Positions 58,285-64,000 of a DNA stretch of 64,000 bases are shown here, piece after piece. The notes under the pieces are model-generated. The model saw only the letters and a list, made by a program, of their open reading frames with translations. It did no database searches and was not told where the DNA came from. This stretch comes from Felis catus. Taxonomy: Eukaryota. The position numbers were made by a program, and so were the translations under genes. Within the stretch, counting starts at the first letter, position 1. Every line of letters begins with the position of its first letter. Location: positions 60,266,001-60,330,000 of the forward strand of contig NC_058382.1 in the NCBI RefSeq assembly GCF_018350175.1, given 5' to 3'.

Positions 58285-59300
58285 CTGAGAGCGTGTCACA
58301 AGCCGAGAACCAAAAACCATCAGGATGTCCATCAACTGATCATAAACCAAATGCAGCACATCCTCACAGTGGACACGACTCAGCCACGAAGCATGTCCAC
58401 ATGGTGACACACAACTCAGCCATGAATCACGTCCACGTGGCGGCACACGACTCAGCCACGGAGCACATCCACAGGGTGGGACGTGAGTCAGCCACGAAGA
58501 ATGTCCACGTGGTGACACACAACTCAGCCACGAATCATGTCCACGTGGGGGCACACGACTCAGCCACGAAGCACATCCACAGGATGGGACATGACTCAGC
58601 CACGAAGCACGTCCACACAGTGGGACACGACAGCCATGAAGCACGTCCACACGGTGGCACACGACTCAGTCACGAAGCACATCCACAGGGTGGGACACGA
58701 CTGAGCCACGAAGCATGTCCACACGGTGGGACACGACAGCCACGAAGCATGTCCACACCGTGGCACACGACTCAGCCATGAAGCACGTCCACACGGTGGC
58801 ACACGACTCAGTCACGAAGCACATCCACAGGGTGGGACACGACTGAGCCACGAAGCACGTCTGCACAGTGGCACACGACTCAGCCACGAAGCACATCCAC
58901 AGGATGGGACACGACAGCCACGAAGCACGTCCACACGGTGGCACACGACTCAGCCACGAAGAGGAATGGAGCCTGATGGGGCTACGGCACAGATGAAGCT
59001 CAGACACACGGTGCCACGTGACAGAATCCAGACGCAGAGGACCACACGCTGTCGGATTCCATTCCTGCACGGTGTCAGAGAGGCAAATCTGCAGAGACGC
59101 AAAGCAGAACAAGGATCCGCAGGGGCTGGGGCAGGGAACGGGACCGACGGCAAAGGGGTGTGGGGGTTCTTCTGGATGATGGAAACGTTCTGGAATTTGA
59201 CAGCAGTGAGGGCTGCACATCACGAGCGTACTAAAAACCACCGAGTTGCGCGCTTCAAAAGGGATATTTGGACGGTCTGTGAATTGTATCTCAATAAAAA
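58285..59300 (+). mobile_element. L1MB-type 3' end interrupted by an internal minisatellite
   Basis: 'atgtccatcaactgat..ataaaccaaatg' precedes the array. 'aggaatgga...gattccatt...aggcaaatc...gatgatggaaacgttctggaatt...actaaaaaccac...tgtgaattgtatctcaataaa' follows it, with AATAAA at 59293. Confidence 0.9.
58356..58960 (+). repeat. 36-bp minisatellite (VNTR), 17 units, consensus gcacgtccacacggtggcacacgactcagccacgaa
   Basis: Units counted by hand: first unit 35 bp, three 34-bp variants, the rest 36 bp, no spacers. Confidence 0.97.
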
Positions 59301-61849
59301 GTTGTTCCCTTCTGGCAGGTCTCGGGGCTGTCTCCCCAGACCCCCTGGAACGACGGCAGGTGCGCACCACCCGGCCTCGTCTCCCGCCTCTCCTGGAAGG
59401 CCCGGGCCGGGGGCACGCCCCCGCTGGGCGGGGAGGCCCCAGGCAGCCCCCGCCTTCCAGAATGTTCTCACGTGCCATCAGCACGCATCCCAGGTCCCGA
59501 AGAATATGCAAACTAAGAGAGTGACGATAAGGCCTAAGCTGTCGACAGCGTTCCACGTGATAGGACGGAAGCTCGACTCCTCCTCCCGCCGCGTGTTGCC
59601 CCGGCTGTCTTCACGTCACAAAAGGAAGCGTGAGAGTCCCAAGCGAAGGAATATGGCCGCTGGCACGTGTGCCTCCCGGGAGCTGAGCTGGGGGGTGGGC
59701 GCCAGGCGTCCAGCACGGGGGCGGCCGGGCCGGGTGACGGGGAGGTCACGGCCTCCCCTCCGCTCTTCGCTTTGGCAAAATAACTGGGAATTCTGCCGGA
59801 AGGAGGGAATTCAAAGAATTTAGGAGTTGCTAGCCGGGATCAGCCTCTCACTTTCCCGGGTGGGCGGATGGCCCGGGCAGAGACCTGCCTGCGGCAGAGA
59901 CCCCAGTGCAGAAGCGGGTCCTGGGCGCGGGGCATGGGCGCGGGGAGGGACCGGCTGCAACCCCGAGTCCGGGGAGGCGAGTGGCCGGAGTCACCCCCGT
60001 GTCCTCGGAGGCCGGCTGCGCCCAGGTCTGTGTGGCCAGGTCTCCGAGGGGTCGGAGCCCACACAGGGCGGTTTCTGTGTGGCCCTCATCACGGGGGTAT
60101 GCCCCCCCCCCCGAGGCCCTGGGTGCCTCCTGCCACAAGAGGGCCTCTGGCCCCGGAGACTCCGGGCCGCGGTTTCCCTCCAGGGGCCTCGTTCTCGGAG
60201 ACCAAGTCGGTTCTGCCTTCTTGCCTTCACCCAGCACGCGTCCGGCCCCTGCACCGTGCCCGGCACTTTGCCCGCTCACCGGAGGCCCGGGGCCCGGCTG
60301 CTCAGACCTGTTGCATGAGGGGCACCCGCCGCCCCGGCCCGACCCGGGGCTCTCCCCCAGGAAGCCCATCCTGTCTGGCCGCGGTCTGCCCGGAGCAGGC
60401 GGCCGGGTGCTTGTTGGCGGGACGGCGTCCACGCCGCGGGATGGACCTGCCTTCTTCCCAGGCCACCCGGGTTCCCCTCCCCTCCCCCCTGGCACCGCCT
60501 CCGGGCAGCCCTCCGTGGGCTCTGTCGGCTGCTTCAGGACAGCGGGCCCTGCCGGTGTCCGTGAGCCGCAACCCCGACCCTGCTCCGCGAGTGCAGACAT
60601 GTCTGAGGAGACTCCTGGCTTGTGGGAGGAAGCTCCTCGTCCCAGGAGGGGCTGTCGTGTGGGATGTTAGTGGGCCTTTCCTTTTCCAAGGGACCGTGGC
60701 TGCTTACACACTGACGAGGAAATTCCAAGACCCGGGCGATGGGCCGGATACAGAGGGGCCCCCGGGGCCACCGGGGTGCGGAGACACATGCACAAGGTCG
60801 GCAGGAGGCCGGCCCCCTCGAAGATGGGGTGGGGGGCTTCTCCATCCCCCTGCCCCACGCAGGCAGTGCACAAGCGACAGCTGTCCGGGTGGGGACCCTG
60901 GGCCGACAGCCCGGCTGAGGAGCGGACCAGAGCCGAGGGCTCGCGGGACCCTCAGAGATCCTCGCGGCGCCCTCCCGCTGCGGCGCCCAGGGCCGTGGGG
61001 GCAGAGTCGCCCAGAGGGTTCCGGTGAGGCATCCTCGAGCCTCCGATGAAACCACCGTCACCGGAGCCCCTTGAGTTTTCCCGAGAGGCGTACGGAGAGC
61101 CAGACGGCATCTCACAGCCACCTAATCGCGGACGTCACCGTGGACGGTTCCGCGTCCGGGGAGTGGCTGCACCTGGGCCGGGGGCTGAGCGTCCTCCTCT
61201 CCCAGGATCCCCTGCGGCCCGGCCAACGCAGGGCTGGGACGAGGCCCAGGTGCCATCTGCGGTCTGATCTCGTCCCTTCGGCCAACGGGTGGCCTCAGGA
61301 GGGTATGAGGTGCCCAAATGGAGCTGGCGGAGCGAGACCACAGCCTGAGGGTGACCGGCCAGCCCGGCTTTAACGCTGAAAACTGGTGTCCCGGGAGCCC
61401 TTCGTTCCAGGCAAACCGGGCAGGTGGTCGCCCAGAGCCTGATGTCCAGACTCTTCTCCCAGTTGCCTGAAGCCAGGAAGGCCTCCTGCTCCTTGACCCG
61501 ACACCGGGCCCCAGGCCCCACCGTCCGTGTCCCAGCAGAGTCCTGGCCTGTCCTAACTGCCACATGCCCGTAGCTCTCCCTGAACCTCTCCCTGGGCTGG
61601 CACTTCGGCTAGGGGGGTGGGGCAGGGGAGAGGGGCCGACATTCCTGCTTAGGAATTTCGCACTGGCTTCTGGGAGTGGGCGTCGGCAAGGCCAACCTGT
61701 GGGGCCTTTGCCCTTATTTGGGGCCATTTTCCATCATTTTCCACCATAATTTTTCACTCACCACCCCCGAATTAAGAAGAGTTGGCAAAACCAGGGAGAA
61801 GCATGGGGATGGCGGCCCCACACCCCCATTGTCTGGCTCCACCCCCCCC

Positions 61850-61915
61850 CCACAGGAATCCTATGAAATAGGGGCTCTTCGTGCCCGTTTGCTAGAGGGG
61901 TAAACTGAGGCTGAG
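61850..61915 (-). mobile_element. MIR core fragment
   Basis: 'cctatgaaatagg...cccgtttgctagaggggtaaactgaggct'. Confidence 0.55.
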
Positions 61916-62989
61916 TGCCAGCCACTCCACCAAGGCCCCAGGCTGTACGTGCTGTGCTCACTCGGCAGGCGATCCATCCCTGCTAAATGTGGCACCTACA
62001 CCCCTGCACCTGCCTCTGTTGGGCACCACGCTTGGGCATGCAGGTAAGGCTCCGTCCCTGCCCAACAGGCCCAACCTGAGGGAGCCCCGGCCATGACCAC
62101 CATCATGTCATTCTCATTTGCCTTGTGGACATACCCGTGAGTCCTGGAACCTCAGGTCACAGGATTTGGGGACGGTCCCTCTTTGGCCACAGGAAGACTG
62201 AGGTCCAGAGTGGAGGCGCCTTGGTCACTGCAGCTGGCCCTAGCCCTGCCCCTGTGGCCACGGCCCCCCCCCCTTGGCGCTGGCATTTGGGGTTCCCGAG
62301 CCCCTTTCGGCGGGGGGAGGAGTCACGGCTTTGGGAACCGGCACAGGGGACGGGGCTCCCGCCAACCCCTTCTTTCGTGTTTGAGTGTCATCAGCAGGGC
62401 CACGGAGAGAATATTTCGGAAACAAACAACTGCCTTTTCTGACAGATGAGGGATGGAAAATGAGTCATAGAGAACAGCATTCCACATGCGCCGTCCCAGG
62501 AGGCGTTAGGGGGTCGGGTTTCCGTGTGGTGTCCAAGAATGCTGCGGATCGTTGCGGGAGGGTGACGCCGTCCATGTGGGGGGCTGGCCGCCGTGCCTGG
62601 GGCCCACAAGCACCCGTGGGGACCCTTGGCACAGCCATCGGCACGGCATCGGCACCCAGCCCCTGGCGGCTCTCTCGGCCGCACGGACGCCTGCACGCCG
62701 GGCCCGGCCTGACAAAGCCTCGCTGGGGCTGGTGCCGGGTCCCGCTGAGTCCGGTTGCCCGAGGGGCCATTAGTAGGACGAACTTCCGTGCACCTCCTGC
62801 AGGCGGCCACCAGGGGTGCGCGTAGGGGGTGGCGATGGGAAGGCACCGCCTCAGTGATGAGGTAAGACCTCCGCACCGAACCCTGCGGCTTGTGCCTTAC
62901 GAAGCGGCCGGCCGGAGGGAGGGATGGCGGGATCCTCTCCAATACCGGTGCCCGGGACCGTCACTCCAGGAACGTTCTCCCATGGGGGA

Positions 62990-63065
62990 TCTGCACAAAA
63001 CCCCTTTGACGTGGGCACTGTTATCCCATTCCGCGGACAAGAAGACTAAGGCCTCGGGTTGCCTC
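62990..63065 (-). mobile_element. MIR core fragment
   Basis: 'cacaaaacccctttgacgtgggcactgttatcccattccgcggacaagaagactaaggc'. Confidence 0.5.
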
Positions 63066-64000
63066 TTCAGTCTGGGCACCCGAGGCCCCGGAGTCCTGCC
63101 TCCCAGCCCATAGCCCTTCCCACGCCCTCAGAGCCACTGGCTCTACTCCCAGCAGGTGTGGCCATCCCCCGTGCGAGCTGTCATCACCCCCCTCTGCCGC
63201 CGCCCTTTGGCGACTCGGCCGCGAGCCTCAGTGGAAGGAGCCAGGCGGGGCCTGGGTCACACAGCCGGCCGCACTGTGGCCTTCAGGGCAAAACGGGCGT
63301 CCTCACGTCCACCTGGGATGTGACTTCATTGCCCAGTCGTGGGGACCAGTGGGTGCAGCCGGCTCAGAGAGGGTTCTCAATTTGCTGGTCATGGAAGAGG
63401 GGTTGCCTGGTGACTCAGGGCGACAGCTAAGAACCTGGGGCATTTCCTTCCGGTCGGACGGACCCAGGGATGGAAACGTGCCGGGAACGGGCATTTCTGC
63501 ACGACCCTCTCAGCTGCATGGGCCCACCTTCCGGGAGGAAGAAGCTTCTGTTCGTCCAACACTGTGGGCCCGGGAGCGGGGGGAGGAGCTGAGTGGGAGG
63601 ATGTGTGACCGTGCAAGGTCAGCGTGACTCTGGAGACGGGCGAGTGTGTGAAGGGAAGGCAGGCAGGACGTTTGCAAAGCTTTGCTCCGCGTCTCAAACT
63701 TCTCCCCCCCTTCCTGGGAGAATGAAGACTTGAGACGCCGTCAGGTACGGGTGAAGTAGGACTGGGTCCCTTGGACGTCCCAGGGCGCCCTGCTCTCTCC
63801 CACATGCACACGCACTCATCTGCCGGGTCGTGAAAGGCCGTCGAGACGTAGCGGGTTTCTGAAGAGCCTGTCGGGTTACTTGGCTCAGCCTCGTCCAGGC
63901 GCGGAGCCCCTGGGCGTGTCGTGAAGGGTGCTGCGGCACCCCGCGTGTGCTTGGGGTTCCCCATTCCCGACCCACTTCTCTGGGTGGGATTCCGGGTCAA

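Noticed and set aside
58356..58960. CRISPR array (36-bp repeats)
   Set aside because: Units are head-to-tail with no unique spacers, there are no cas genes, the context is mammalian, and the unit derives from L1.
58206..59823. His-rich repeat protein (ORFs 58206-58781 and 58726-59823)
   Set aside because: The 12-aa periodicity is the translation of the 36-bp VNTR, the 34-bp units shift the frame, and the remainder is L1 3' UTR.
1..64000. Assignment to a named gene or chromosome locus
   Set aside because: No recognisable exon anchors the window. A BLAT of the AT-rich islands (14300-14490, 23485-23600, 44488-44660) would be needed.

Overview
This is eukaryotic, mammalian DNA. Several tRNA-derived CAN-SINEs of the feliform (SINEC_Fc) type, plus a felid-type L1 3' end, point to a cat or close relative. 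The window is very GC- and CpG-rich and looks intergenic or intronic, resembling a subtelomeric isochore. I could not support any protein-coding exon, RNA gene or CRISPR array. The long ORFs are explained by GC-richness or by repeats. What I can recognise is: CAN-SINEs (including a nested cluster of three), old L1M, MIR, MLT1 and MER fragments, microsatellites and a 36-bp x 17 minisatellite. The most striking signals are (1) normally AT-rich L1/MIR remnants rewritten A/T->G/C in some blocks but not in the 14-21 kb block, consistent with patchy GC-biased gene conversion; (2) a 36-bp VNTR that arose inside an L1 3' UTR; and (3) short AT-rich non-repeat islands dense in transcription-factor motifs, which are enhancer candidates. 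Repeat family calls come from remembered consensus sequences, not a database search, so subfamily names and boundaries are approximate. I found no evidence of a new protein-based system.
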